Assembly: GCA_027061805.1 (NCBI GenBank)
Contig: JAMOWA010000045.1
Span: forward strand, 49,317 to 113,316
Length of the DNA stretch: 64,000 nucleotides
Direction of reading: 5' to 3'
Source of the DNA: Thermoanaerobaculia bacterium
Lineage (GTDB): Bacteria; Acidobacteriota; Thermoanaerobaculia; Thermoanaerobaculales; Sulfomarinibacteraceae
This document shows, in pieces, positions 8,231-17,443 of this stretch. The notes below the pieces were generated by a model. The model saw only the letters and a list, made by a program, of their open reading frames with translations, did no database searches and had not been told where the DNA came from. Made by a program: the position numbers and the translations under genes. Each line of letters starts with the position of its first letter. The stretch's first letter is position 1.

Positions 8231-8993
8231 AGAGAAGCCTCCTCGTCTTCAGGGACGTCTCCCCTCAGGAATGCCTGGATGTAGGGATCGGGGTTGGACC
8301 TGAACTCCTCGGGAGTCCCCAGCCCCACGATCACGCCCCGCCGGATCATGGCGAGCCGGTCGGCGATGCGGAACGCCAGCCCCATGTCGTGGGTGATGGT
8401 CACCGCCGTGACGGTCAGCTCGCGGCGCATCCGGTTGATGACGTTGGCGATGGCCGCCGTGTTGATGGGATCGAGCCCCGTGGTGGGCTCGTCGAAGAGC
8501 AGGATCTCCGGCTGAAGGGCAATGGCCCGGGCGAACCCAACGCGCCGGCGCATGCCGCCGGAGAGCTCGGCGGGGTACTTGCCTTCGATCCCCTCGAGTC
8601 GGACAAGGGCGAGGCACTGGCGGACCCTGCCGGCGATACCGTCGGCGTCCAGGGAGGCGTGCCGCACCAGGGGGAAGGCCACGTTGTCGAATACCGTCAT
8701 GGAGTCGAAGAGAGCCCCCTCCTGGAAGCTCATGCCGAAGCGCTTGCGGAGCTCGATGGCGGTGGACGGGGCAGCCAGCGTGATGTCCACGTCGTCCACC
8801 ACCACGTGCCCCTCGTCTGGGCTGAGCAGGCCGATGAGATGCTTGAGAAAGACGCTCTTCCCGGCCCCGGACCCCCCAGCACCACCAGCGATTCCCCTGC
8901 CAGGATCTCCAGGTCGATGCCCCGCAGCACCTCCTTCGCCCCGAAGCTCTTCTTGAGGCCGATGACGCTGATCTTCGTTGCCGGATGATCCAT
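8227..8993 (-). pseudogene. mlaF: MlaF-like ABC transporter ATP-binding protein, interrupted by a 1-nt frameshift inside Walker A
   Basis: From the ATG at 8993 the frame reads MDHPATKISVIGLKKSFGAKEVLRGIDLEILAGESLVVLGGPGPGR. It then loses ABC similarity. The remainder (KSVFLKHLIGLLSPDEGHVVVDDVDI..., LSGGMRRRVGFARA, ILLFDEPTTGLD) lies in the +1 frame (ORF 8227-8805). One extra C in the C6 run at 8872-8877 would restore LGGSGAGKS. Confidence 0.8.
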
Positions 8994-9001
8994 GGTGCCC
9001 C

Positions 9002-9832
9002 TCAGAACAGGATCTTGGTCAGGAAGAAGTCCGACAGGAGGATGGACAGGGAGGCCATCACGACCGCAGCCGTGGTCGCGCGCCCGACCCCCTCCGCTCC
9101 GCCGGTGGTGTAGAACCCCTTGGAGCACCCGGTGGCAGCCAGGACGAGGCCGAAGAAGGCGGCCTTGATCAGGCCCGAGGTGATGTCGTTGACCTCCAGG
9201 TACTGGAACGTGGAACGCCAGTACTGCTGCGTGTTGGCGTGGAAGAGGCCTCCCGCCACGAGCCATCCCCCGACGATGCCCACGGCGTCGGCCACCACTG
9301 CGAGGAAGGGCAGCATGACCAGCGCGGCCCCCACGCGAGGCACCACCAGGTACTGCACCGGATCCGTGGCCATGGCGTAGAGCGCGTCGATCTGCTCGGT
9401 CACCCGCATGGTGCCCAGCTCGGCCGCCATGGAGGAGCCCACCCGTCCCGCCACCATGAGACCCGTCAGCACCGGGGCCAGCTCCCGGGTGAGGGACAGG
9501 GCCACCACGGAGCCCACGTAGGCCTCCGCGTGGAAGCGCTCGAATCCCCGGTAGGTCTGGAGCGCCAGCACCATGCCGGTGAACAGGGCCGTGAGCGTCA
9601 CCACGGGAATGGAGTCCACCCCCACCCGCACCATCTGGCGGAGCCACTGGGCCCGGTCGAATGGGGGCCTGAAGCTCCACAGAAAGGCCTGGGCCAGGAT
9701 GTAGAAGAACCTGCCGAGCTCCTCGAGCATGCCCAGGACGGGTTCCCCGATCCTTTCCAGCCAGCGGATCACCTGCACCTCCTCATCGTGCGCCCGTCCC
9801 CGTTCACCATTGTGGAGGCTCGTCGGCCTCAC
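9002..9832 (-). CDS. mlaE: MlaE-like ABC transporter permease
   Basis: Typical MlaE motifs are present: VGVDSIPVVTLTALFTGMVLALQ, ELAPVLTGLMVAGRVGSSMAAELGTMRVTEQIDAL, and a C-terminal polytopic region. The start is uncertain, because M1 overlaps the dnaB stop by 29 nt. Confidence 0.85.
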   Translation of the reverse strand: MRPTSLHNGERGRAHDEEVQVIRWLERIGEPVLGMLEELGRFFYILAQAFLWSFRPPFDRAQWLRQMVRVGVDSIPVVTLTALFTGMVLALQTYRGFERFHAEAYVGSVVALSLTRELAPVLTGLMVAGRVGSSMAAELGTMRVTEQIDALYAMATDPVQYLVVPRVGAALVMLPFLAVVADAVGIVGGWLVAGGLFHANTQQYWRSTFQYLEVNDITSGLIKAAFFGLVLAATGCSKGFYTTGGAEGVGRATTAAVVMASLSILLSDFFLTKILF

Positions 9833-11195
9833 CGTGGGACAGCTCGGCGCTGTCGAAACGGGTGTACTCGTGCTGGAAGACCAGCGGGATCTCGCCGATG
9901 GGGCCGTTGCGCTGCTTGGCGATGATCAGCTGGGCGAGGCGCCGGTCCTCCACCTCCGGGTCGTACACCGCGGGCCGGATGATGAACAGGACCACGTCGG
10001 CGTCCTGCTCGATGCTGCCCGACTCGCGAAGATCGCTGAGCTGGGGCCGGTGGTCCCCGCCGCGGCGGTCGGGCTGCCGGGAGAGCTGCGAGAGCACCAG
10101 CATGGGAACATCCAGCTCCTTGGCCATGGCCTTGAGGCCCCGGGAGATCGCCGAGACCTCCTCGTTCCGGCTGTTGAACCGGCTGCCGCCGGACATGAGC
10201 TGGAGATAGTCCACCATGACCAGGTCGAGCCCGTATTCCTGTTTCAGGCGCCGGGCCTTTGCCGAGAGCTCCAGGACGGTCATGCCCGGGGTGTCGTCGA
10301 TCCAGATGTCGGCCTCCTCCAGGTTCTGGGCCGCCATGGTGAGCCGGGGCCAGTCCGACTTGCCCAGGTATCCCCCGGTGATCCGCTGCTGATCCACCCT
10401 GGCCACCGAGGAGAGCATGCGGCGGACCAGCTGATCCGCAGACATCTCCAGGGAAAAGATGGCCACCTTCTTCTTGCCATGGAGCGCGGCGTGGGTGCAG
10501 ATGTTGACGCCGAGCGAGGTCTTTCCCATGGAGGGGCGGGCCGCCAGGATGACGAGATCCTTGCGCTGGAGGCCGGAGGTCTTCTGGTTGAGCTGGATGA
10601 ACCCGGTGTCCAGGCCCGTCAGCGCGGACTGGCTGGCCTGGGCCGCCTCGAGGATCTCCAGCTCGCGCTGGGCCATGGTGCGGATGTGGACCAGCCCCTC
10701 CCCGAGGGAATCCTCCGCGATGGTGTAGACGTCCCGCTGGGCCGCCTCCACGGCCTCCCGGGCCTCCCCGTGGTCCAGCGTGCAGGTGGAGAGGATGTTC
10801 TGGGCCGCCCGGATGAGCCGTCGCTTGATCGACTTGTCGTGGACGATCGAGGCGTAGTGGGTCACGTTGGCCACGTCGGGCAGGCTGTCCACCAGCGAGG
10901 AGAGATAGGAGACCCCCCCCACGCGCTCGAGCTGTCCCTCCTCACGGAGGTGGTTGGTGACCGTGAGGAGGTCCGCGGCCTGACCACGCTCGTGCAGCAC
11001 GATGCAGGCACGGTAGATCACCTGGTGGGCCTCCAGGTAGAACTCATCCTCCCGGAGCACCTGGAAAACCTGCAGCAACGCCCCCGGATCCAGGAGAATG
11101 GCGCCCAGGACGGCGCGCTCCGCCTCCGGGTCGTGGGGGAGCCGGAGCGCCGCGTCAGGTGCCAGCTGGGCGATCTCTCGGGGTCCTGTGCTCAT
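9804..11195 (-). CDS. dnaB: replicative DNA helicase
   Basis: N-terminal PHDPEAERAVLGAILLD motif, Walker A ARPSMGKTSL, VMVDYLQLM, LSQLSR and SGSIEQDADVV. Length 463 aa. Confidence 0.95.
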   Translation of the reverse strand: MSTGPREIAQLAPDAALRLPHDPEAERAVLGAILLDPGALLQVFQVLREDEFYLEAHQVIYRACIVLHERGQAADLLTVTNHLREEGQLERVGGVSYLSSLVDSLPDVANVTHYASIVHDKSIKRRLIRAAQNILSTCTLDHGEAREAVEAAQRDVYTIAEDSLGEGLVHIRTMAQRELEILEAAQASQSALTGLDTGFIQLNQKTSGLQRKDLVILAARPSMGKTSLGVNICTHAALHGKKKVAIFSLEMSADQLVRRMLSSVARVDQQRITGGYLGKSDWPRLTMAAQNLEEADIWIDDTPGMTVLELSAKARRLKQEYGLDLVMVDYLQLMSGGSRFNSRNEEVSAISRGLKAMAKELDVPMLVLSQLSRQPDRRGGDHRPQLSDLRESGSIEQDADVVLFIIRPAVYDPEVEDRRLAQLIIAKQRNGPIGEIPLVFQHEYTRFDSAELSHGEADEPPQW

Positions 11196-11377
11196 GGACC
11201 ACCAATCCTACCGCAGAATTGCCTCCCGCGCTGCCCTTTCCGGTCTCCCCGTGGTGCCCACCGAGCCTGTTGCAAGAGTCCTGGATCGAGGAGGATCCTC
11301 GCGGCATCGGCCCCCACCCACCCGGGAAGATGAACCACGGATTCCACGGATCTAGTGGATCAAGGGGAAGATAGAAA

Positions 11378-11391
11378 TGGATCCGGATCCA
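11378..11391. promoter_or_regulatory. perfect 14-bp palindrome TGGATCCGGATCCA in the dnaB upstream region
   Basis: Read directly. It lies in a lower-GC patch (11335-11395) that also contains GTGGATC/GATCCAC-type half sites. Function unknown. Confidence 0.35.
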
Positions 11392-11454
11392 CGTTCGATG
11401 TCACGCCAGGCCGGTGGGTATGACCTTCAGAGAGTCTTGCAAGCGGCTCCACTG

Positions 11455-12543
11455 TCACCCTCCGTCCCGGCCGCTTCTGGAGATGGTGGCCAGGGCCCGG
11501 AAGACCTCGGGGCGGGAGACGTCCTGGCCCTCGAGAACACCATCGTCGGAGGGCAGGATCCACGGCACGCCCCGCTCGGTTCGCTTCTTGTCCACCGTCA
11601 GGTGCTCCACGATGCGCTCCGGCCCGAGATCATCCACCGGCGGCAGTGGGCCCAGGCGGCCCACGGCCGATGTCAGCCTCCCATGGGCCTCCGGGGAGAG
11701 CACCCCGCGCCAGCGGGCGATCCAGGCCACGGCGAGCAGTCCCCAGGCCACCGCCTCTCCGTGGAGGAACCGGGTGTACCCCGTGGCGGCCTCCAGGGCG
11801 TGGCCCAGGGTGTGGCCCAGGTTGAGCACCTGCCGGAGCCCGGCCTCCCGCTCGTCGCGCGTCACGATGGACGCCTTGACCCGGATGGCACGGGCCACGA
11901 TCCCGGCCCAGGCCCCCGGTGGAAGGTCGCCGAAACCGGAGACGGGGGTGGGAAACAGGTCCAGGAGCTCCCTGTCCCCGATCCACGCCGTCTTGATCAC
12001 CTCGGCAAGCCCGGCGCGGAGCTCCCGTCCGGGCAGGGTGGCGAGGACCGCGATGTCGGCCACCACCAGCCGGGGCGCCCAGAACACGCCCACCAGGTTC
12101 TTGCCCTCGGAGAGGTTCACGCCCGTCTTGCCGCCCACGGAGGCGTCCACCATGCCCAGGAGGGTGGTGGGAGCTGCGGCCCAGTCGATGCCGCGCTGGT
12201 ACACCGCGGCGGCGAACCCGGCCGTGTCGGTGAGGACGCCCCCGCCCACGGCCAGCAGGGCTCCGCCCCTGTGGACCCCCAGTCCGAGCAGCCGGCGGCA
12301 GATCGCCTCTGCCTGGGACCACTGCTTGTTCTCCTCGCCGGGGACGAGCTCCAGGGGAGGCGGGGCCCCGAGCCGCCGGGCGGTCTCCCGGGCCCAGAGA
12401 GGACCCACGTTCGTGTCGGTCACCACCGGGGGTGCCGGGGGCAGGTCCGCCTCGTCGAGAAGAGCGGGGAGGCGGGCGAGCGCTCCTTCGCCCACCACCA
12501 CCATGGAGGGGCCCCGTTCACCATGGACCGTGATCCGTTCCAT
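11455..12543 (-). CDS. aroB: 3-dehydroquinate synthase
   Basis: Start taken at MERITVHGE, which resembles the E. coli AroB N-terminus. Motifs GGGVLTDTAGFAAAVYQRGI, DASVGGKTGVN and LNLGHTLGHALE are present. Confidence 0.9.
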   Translation of the reverse strand: MERITVHGERGPSMVVVGEGALARLPALLDEADLPPAPPVVTDTNVGPLWARETARRLGAPPPLELVPGEENKQWSQAEAICRRLLGLGVHRGGALLAVGGGVLTDTAGFAAAVYQRGIDWAAAPTTLLGMVDASVGGKTGVNLSEGKNLVGVFWAPRLVVADIAVLATLPGRELRAGLAEVIKTAWIGDRELLDLFPTPVSGFGDLPPGAWAGIVARAIRVKASIVTRDEREAGLRQVLNLGHTLGHALEAATGYTRFLHGEAVAWGLLAVAWIARWRGVLSPEAHGRLTSAVGRLGPLPPVDDLGPERIVEHLTVDKKRTERGVPWILPSDDGVLEGQDVSRPEVFRALATISRSGRDGG

Positions 12544-12628
12544 CCACCGATGATACCGTCGCGCGCCGGCACATGGAAAAGCGGCGGGGCCGGAGCCCCG
12601 CCGCATCGGGTTCACGGGATGCGCACGC

Positions 12629-15514
12629 CTACCAGCGGAAGCGGGCGCCGAGCTGGAACTGGCGTGGATTGCCAGAGTGGTTCAGCTTGCCAAAGTTGCT
12701 GCGGATATCGCCGTCACGGCCCACCAGCTGGGTGTTGGTGGTGTACCAGTTCTCGTTGTCGAAGAGGTTGAAGATGTCCAGCATGACCTCGACCTGGTAC
12801 CGGCTGGCGAAGCGGAAGATCTTCGAGACCCGGAGGTCCATGTTGTGGTACCAGGGCTGGCGCTCGGTGTTCCTGCCGTAGTGCCTGTACACGCCCTCGG
12901 AGACCTCGATGGTGGCCCGGTCACGGTGGTAGCCGTCGCCGTTGAGGTCCCGGCCGTCCATGGCGGTGTAGGGGAAGCCTGACCGGATGTAGACGATGCC
13001 CGAGATGGTGAAGTCGTAGGGCAGCAGCACCATGCCCGAGACCACGAACTTGTGCTTCACGTCATAGTCCGAGGGACCCCACTCGGCCCCCAGGTTGTAC
13101 TGGTCCTCGGGCCAGCCGGAACGGGAGGAGGAGACGGAGCGCTCGTTGGAATCCTGGTCGCGGGAGCGGGACCAGGTATAGGAGCCGTTGAGGGCCCAGT
13201 TGTGGGAGAAGCGCTTGTTGAACTTGAGGACCACGGCACGGTAGTTGGCCCTGGCATCGGACCTGAACACCATGACCTGGCCCAGATCGGGGTAGTTCAC
13301 GCCGTAGTACCAGGCGGTGTAGTAGGTCCGGCCGTCGATGGTCGACGCGCCCTCGATGGGCCTGATGTTCTGGTCCTGCTTGCGCTCGAGCTTCTCGGTC
13401 TCGGAATAGATGAGATCCACACCGAGGGCCAGGTCGGTGATCACCTCGCGCTCGTAGCCCAGTGACATGCGCAGGGTCTCGGGGTTCTCGAAGTTCGGAT
13501 CGTAGGCGAAGATGGACGGCGTGGCCGCGGGAAGGTCACCCAGGGTGGGGATCCGGTCCGGCCAGGAGGGGCAGTCTTCCGTGTACTTGCAGTTGAGCAC
13601 CACCCGGACCACGCGAATGCCGTTGGTGAGCATGGCGTTGGCGTCGAGCAGCGTCGGCGTGGTGTCATAGAACATGCCGATGCCGCCACGGAGGACCTGC
13701 CTGCCGTCACCCGTCACGTCCCAGGCGAAGCCCACGCGGGGGGCCCAGTTGTCGGTGTCGTCGGGGATCTGGCCCGTGTCGGGGTACAGGGGGTTGGTCT
13801 CCTTGGGATCGTCATGATCCTGCAGGTCGTAGCGGATGCCGAAGGTCAGGATGAAGTTCGGGTTGATCTGCCACTCGTCCTGGACGTAGCCGGCGTAGTA
13901 GCCCGTGTCGAACTTCACCTTGCCGCCGTAGTCCGAGAAGGCCTGGGTGTAACGGTAGAGAACATCGCCGAAAAAGGCATCCCATGCCGAGTGCCTTACA
14001 TCATCGTCGTCATAATAGGAGGCGTAATAATATTGCCCGCCACCGTAGCGGAAGAAGAAGTCATCGAAGCTCACCCAGTCGAAGTTGATGCCCGCCTTGA
14101 GCGTGTGGTTGCCCAGGAACCAGGTGAAGTTGTCCACGATCTGGAAGCGGTCCTCGGTGAGGTAGTTGGGCAGGAAGTTGTTCTGGCCGAAGACGGCGTC
14201 GTAGTAGCCGATGCGCACCTCGGGGATGGAGGTGACGTTGGCGGTACGGGGCCGGTCCTCGCTGGAGTACTGGAGGATGGCCTCGTTGGCCATGCTCTCG
14301 CCGATCACCGAGTTCAGCATGGCCACCATGGAGTTGAACGTGTTCTCCTCGAATCCGTTGTTGGACCAGCCCGAGGTGGAGTACCTGTTGGTGAGGTTCT
14401 CGCCCTCGTTCTTGGAATAGTTCCAGCGGAAGGTGAACAGGTTGTTGACGCTGGCCTGCCAGTCCAGCTTCAGGAGGGCCACGTCCTGGTCATTGGTCTG
14501 CCTGACGGTGCCCACCTCCTTGTCGTAGTCGAGGCCCGTGAGTGCCTCCCAGTCGGCCACCCGGTCCTCGGGGAACCTCCGGAAATAGCGGAGCGTGGGC
14601 TGCTCGAGCCGCTGGCCATCGTAGGAGACGAAGTAGTGCAGCCTGTCCGTGATGAGCGGGCCGCCCAGGGCGAAGCCGAACTGGTTCCGCTTGAAGTCGT
14701 TGGCGGTCCGACCGTCGGCGTAGTCACCCACCCAGCTGTCGGGCCGGTAGTACCAGAAGGCCTCGCCGTGGAGCTCGTTGGTTCCCGACTTGGTGATGGC
14801 GTTGATGACACCGCCCGAGGAGTTGAACTGCAGGGAGTATTCGGACTGGATCACCTGCAGCTCCTTGATGGCTGCCTGGGAGAAAGTGAATGGCGGACGG
14901 GTGCCCCCGCGCTCCTCGCCGAAGAACGAGGACTGGTTGTTGGCGCCATCGATGTTGAACGAATTCTGGATTCCCCGCATGCCGCCGATGTGGACGCGGC
15001 CCACGGAGTCGGGGATGGAGGCCGGGGTCAGGGCCACGAAGTCCAGGAAGTCACGGCCGTTGAGGGGGAGGTTCGCAATCGCCTCGTCACCCACGGACGC
15101 CGCGATGTTGGGGTTGGTGGACTCCACGATGGGGGCCTCGGCCGTGACGACGATCTCCTCCTTGACCTTGGACAGCTGGAGCTGGAACTCCAGCTTCTGC
15201 TCCGAGCCCAGGGTCACCTTGATGCTGGAAAAGACCTGGGACCGGAACCCGTCCAGGTCGGCCCGGATCTCGTAGTTGCCCGAGGGCAGGAAGTCCAGGC
15301 GGAACACGCCGTTGGCGTCCGTGATGGAGGCCCTGGTCAGACCCGTATCCAGGTTCCGCGCGGTCACTGTCACGCCCGGAAGAGCACCGCCCTCGGGTCC
15401 CCTGACGAGGCCCACGATCGATCCCGTCGCCACATTCTGCGCCTGCACCAGGACCGGCGCCAGCAGGAGCGCGAGGGCGAGGGCCAGAACGACACTTCGC
15501 TTGAAACTTGACAT
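12629..15514 (-). CDS. TonB-dependent outer-membrane receptor with N-terminal carboxypeptidase-regulatory-like domain
   Basis: Start at MSSFKRS is preceded by GGAGGAGAAAGG. A signal peptide is followed by GSIVGLVRGPEGGALPGVTVTARNLDTGLTRASITDANGVFRLDFLPSGNYEI (CarboxypepD_reg). A plug-like region (NIDGANN) and a long beta-barrel follow, ending ...QFQLGARFRW. Confidence 0.85.
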   Translation of the reverse strand: MSSFKRSVVLALALALLLAPVLVQAQNVATGSIVGLVRGPEGGALPGVTVTARNLDTGLTRASITDANGVFRLDFLPSGNYEIRADLDGFRSQVFSSIKVTLGSEQKLEFQLQLSKVKEEIVVTAEAPIVESTNPNIAASVGDEAIANLPLNGRDFLDFVALTPASIPDSVGRVHIGGMRGIQNSFNIDGANNQSSFFGEERGGTRPPFTFSQAAIKELQVIQSEYSLQFNSSGGVINAITKSGTNELHGEAFWYYRPDSWVGDYADGRTANDFKRNQFGFALGGPLITDRLHYFVSYDGQRLEQPTLRYFRRFPEDRVADWEALTGLDYDKEVGTVRQTNDQDVALLKLDWQASVNNLFTFRWNYSKNEGENLTNRYSTSGWSNNGFEENTFNSMVAMLNSVIGESMANEAILQYSSEDRPRTANVTSIPEVRIGYYDAVFGQNNFLPNYLTEDRFQIVDNFTWFLGNHTLKAGINFDWVSFDDFFFRYGGGQYYYASYYDDDDVRHSAWDAFFGDVLYRYTQAFSDYGGKVKFDTGYYAGYVQDEWQINPNFILTFGIRYDLQDHDDPKETNPLYPDTGQIPDDTDNWAPRVGFAWDVTGDGRQVLRGGIGMFYDTTPTLLDANAMLTNGIRVVRVVLNCKYTEDCPSWPDRIPTLGDLPAATPSIFAYDPNFENPETLRMSLGYEREVITDLALGVDLIYSETEKLERKQDQNIRPIEGASTIDGRTYYTAWYYGVNYPDLGQVMVFRSDARANYRAVVLKFNKRFSHNWALNGSYTWSRSRDQDSNERSVSSSRSGWPEDQYNLGAEWGPSDYDVKHKFVVSGMVLLPYDFTISGIVYIRSGFPYTAMDGRDLNGDGYHRDRATIEVSEGVYRHYGRNTERQPWYHNMDLRVSKIFRFASRYQVEVMLDIFNLFDNENWYTTNTQLVGRDGDIRSNFGKLNHSGNPRQFQLGARFRW

Positions 15515-15597
15515 CCTTTCTCCTCCTTCTTCGATGTTTGGAATGCTTCCGGGTGTCACCGACGTCATCCCTTCAATTCTTCTTCCAGACTTTCGCA

Positions 15598-17331
15598 TCA
15601 TGGCGTTACTCTATTCGCCTCCGGAGAGGTTGGCAAGGGGTGTTCCCCGCTCAGGGTCGGGGCAATCCACCAGTTGCCGTCCACCACCGGATTCCATGGG
15701 TCGTGACGGGCCAGCCAGTCCCCGATGAGGTCCGTCATCTCGGTGCTGCTCGTCCAGATCACCTCGGCCGAGGCCAGGTGGGGGTACCCACCGCCCCCTG
15801 CCGCCCGGTAGTTGTTGCAGACCAGCGTGAAGGTGGCGTGGGGGTCCAGGGGCAGGCCCGCGAAGCGGACGTCACGGATCCTGTGTCCCTCGGGAGACAG
15901 GGGGTCGACCCGGTAGCTCAGCCCCGCCACGGTGTCCACGTTGTAGTGCCGGACGGCAGGGTCGGTGAGCACCGTGCAGCCGTCCGCCCCGGAACAGTCG
16001 AGTCCGTCGTAGTAGCGGGCGGCGTGCTCGAGGATGTCCACCACCTGCCGGCCGGTGAGGCGGACCGACACGAGGGTGTTGGGGTAGACGTAGAGGGCGT
16101 ACACCCAGCGCCACGGCACGGGTCCCGGCTCGAGGTCCGGCGTCCTGTCGGTGAGCAGCGAGGCCAGCGAGAGGTCGGCGCGCGAGGCGTCCAGCTGGAC
16201 GGCGTGGATGAGATCGAGCGCGGCGCAGTCGGCCAGACGGCATCCCCGGACGCTCATCGGTGCCGTGACGGTGCCCACGGGACCGTCCAGAGCGGCCACC
16301 ACCCGAGCGTGGAGGGGCCCGGCCGGCCGGGCCACGGCGGGATCGGGGGCGACCCCCGCCACGGAGAGGTTCTCCCCGTGGAAGGAGGCGATCCGCCATG
16401 CGCCGTCCCGACGCACGAGCTCGAGGTCGATGCGGGTGAGCCGCCGTGCCCGGGCGGAGGGCTGGGAGACGATCACCCCGTCGAGTCGTCTGGGGGGGAT
16501 GTTCCGGTGGGTGTGCCCGGTCAGCAGGAGGTCGATCCCGGGAACCCGGCTGAGCCTCCACCCGAAGTTTTCCCCGCCTCCCCCCACGGGCTCTCCCGTC
16601 TCCGGGTCACGCTCGAACCCGGTGTGGGCCAGGACGATCACCAGATCGCACCCCTCCCGGTCCCTGAGCACCGGGACCCAGTGGCGGGCGGCCTCGTCCA
16701 TGGGGAGGAACTCGAGGCCCCGGTAGTGCTCCGGCATCTCCCAGCCCGGAACCCGCGGCGTGGTCAGGCCGAGCACGCCCACGCGGACCGGGCCGGCCTC
16801 CAGGATGGTGTAGGGACGGAAGGCTGGCGTTCCCGTGTCCGCCTTCACCACGTTGGCCGAGAGGAAGGGGAAGTGCGCCTGGTGGCGCGCCCGCTCGAGG
16901 ATCTCCAGGCCGAAGTTGAACTCGTGGTTCCCCACCGCCATGGCCTGGTATCCCATGGTGTTCATGGCGGCGATGGTGGGGCTGGGCTCCTTCCAGCGCA
17001 CGTGAACGAGCTGCTCCAGCGGCGTGCCCTGGATGGTGTCGCCCGAGTCGAGGAGCAGTACCGGGCCCTTCGCCCGGGACCGGATCTCCCGGACCAGGGT
17101 CGCCACCTGCGCCAGGGAACCGTCCGCGGGGCGGTTCCGGGCGTCGTCGAAGGGGAGCACCGAGCCGTGGAGATCCGAGGTATGGAGAACCGTCAGCGAG
17201 ACCGTCTCCCTGTGGAGAGAAGGAGTCTCAGCGAGAAGCGTGGAGGCAGCGAGGATGATGGCGGCGAGCGGCAGTGCGGCACGTCGGCGGATGGTCCCCC
17301 CCAATGGTTGCTCCAGACCCAATCCTATCAC
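15598..17331 (-). CDS. bifunctional metallophosphatase/5'-nucleotidase (UshA/CpdB-like), secreted
   Basis: Calcineurin-like motifs HTSDLHG, DSGDTIQG and GNHEFNFG, plus a C-terminal 5'-nucleotidase domain. The GTG start at 17331 gives ...RRRAALPLAAIILAAS, a signal sequence. The longer ORF would overlap aroC. Confidence 0.8.
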   Translation of the reverse strand: MIGLGLEQPLGGTIRRRAALPLAAIILAASTLLAETPSLHRETVSLTVLHTSDLHGSVLPFDDARNRPADGSLAQVATLVREIRSRAKGPVLLLDSGDTIQGTPLEQLVHVRWKEPSPTIAAMNTMGYQAMAVGNHEFNFGLEILERARHQAHFPFLSANVVKADTGTPAFRPYTILEAGPVRVGVLGLTTPRVPGWEMPEHYRGLEFLPMDEAARHWVPVLRDREGCDLVIVLAHTGFERDPETGEPVGGGGENFGWRLSRVPGIDLLLTGHTHRNIPPRRLDGVIVSQPSARARRLTRIDLELVRRDGAWRIASFHGENLSVAGVAPDPAVARPAGPLHARVVAALDGPVGTVTAPMSVRGCRLADCAALDLIHAVQLDASRADLSLASLLTDRTPDLEPGPVPWRWVYALYVYPNTLVSVRLTGRQVVDILEHAARYYDGLDCSGADGCTVLTDPAVRHYNVDTVAGLSYRVDPLSPEGHRIRDVRFAGLPLDPHATFTLVCNNYRAAGGGGYPHLASAEVIWTSSTEMTDLIGDWLARHDPWNPVVDGNWWIAPTLSGEHPLPTSPEANRVTP

Positions 17332-17443
17332 CGCCCCGGTGTATGCTGGAGCGCGAGGTCGGGAGGTTGACCATGGACCGATGGCACCTGGTTTGCGGGC
17401 GGGCGAGACCGTCGGACGGACGGCGTCCGGAGCGGGTGGCCTG

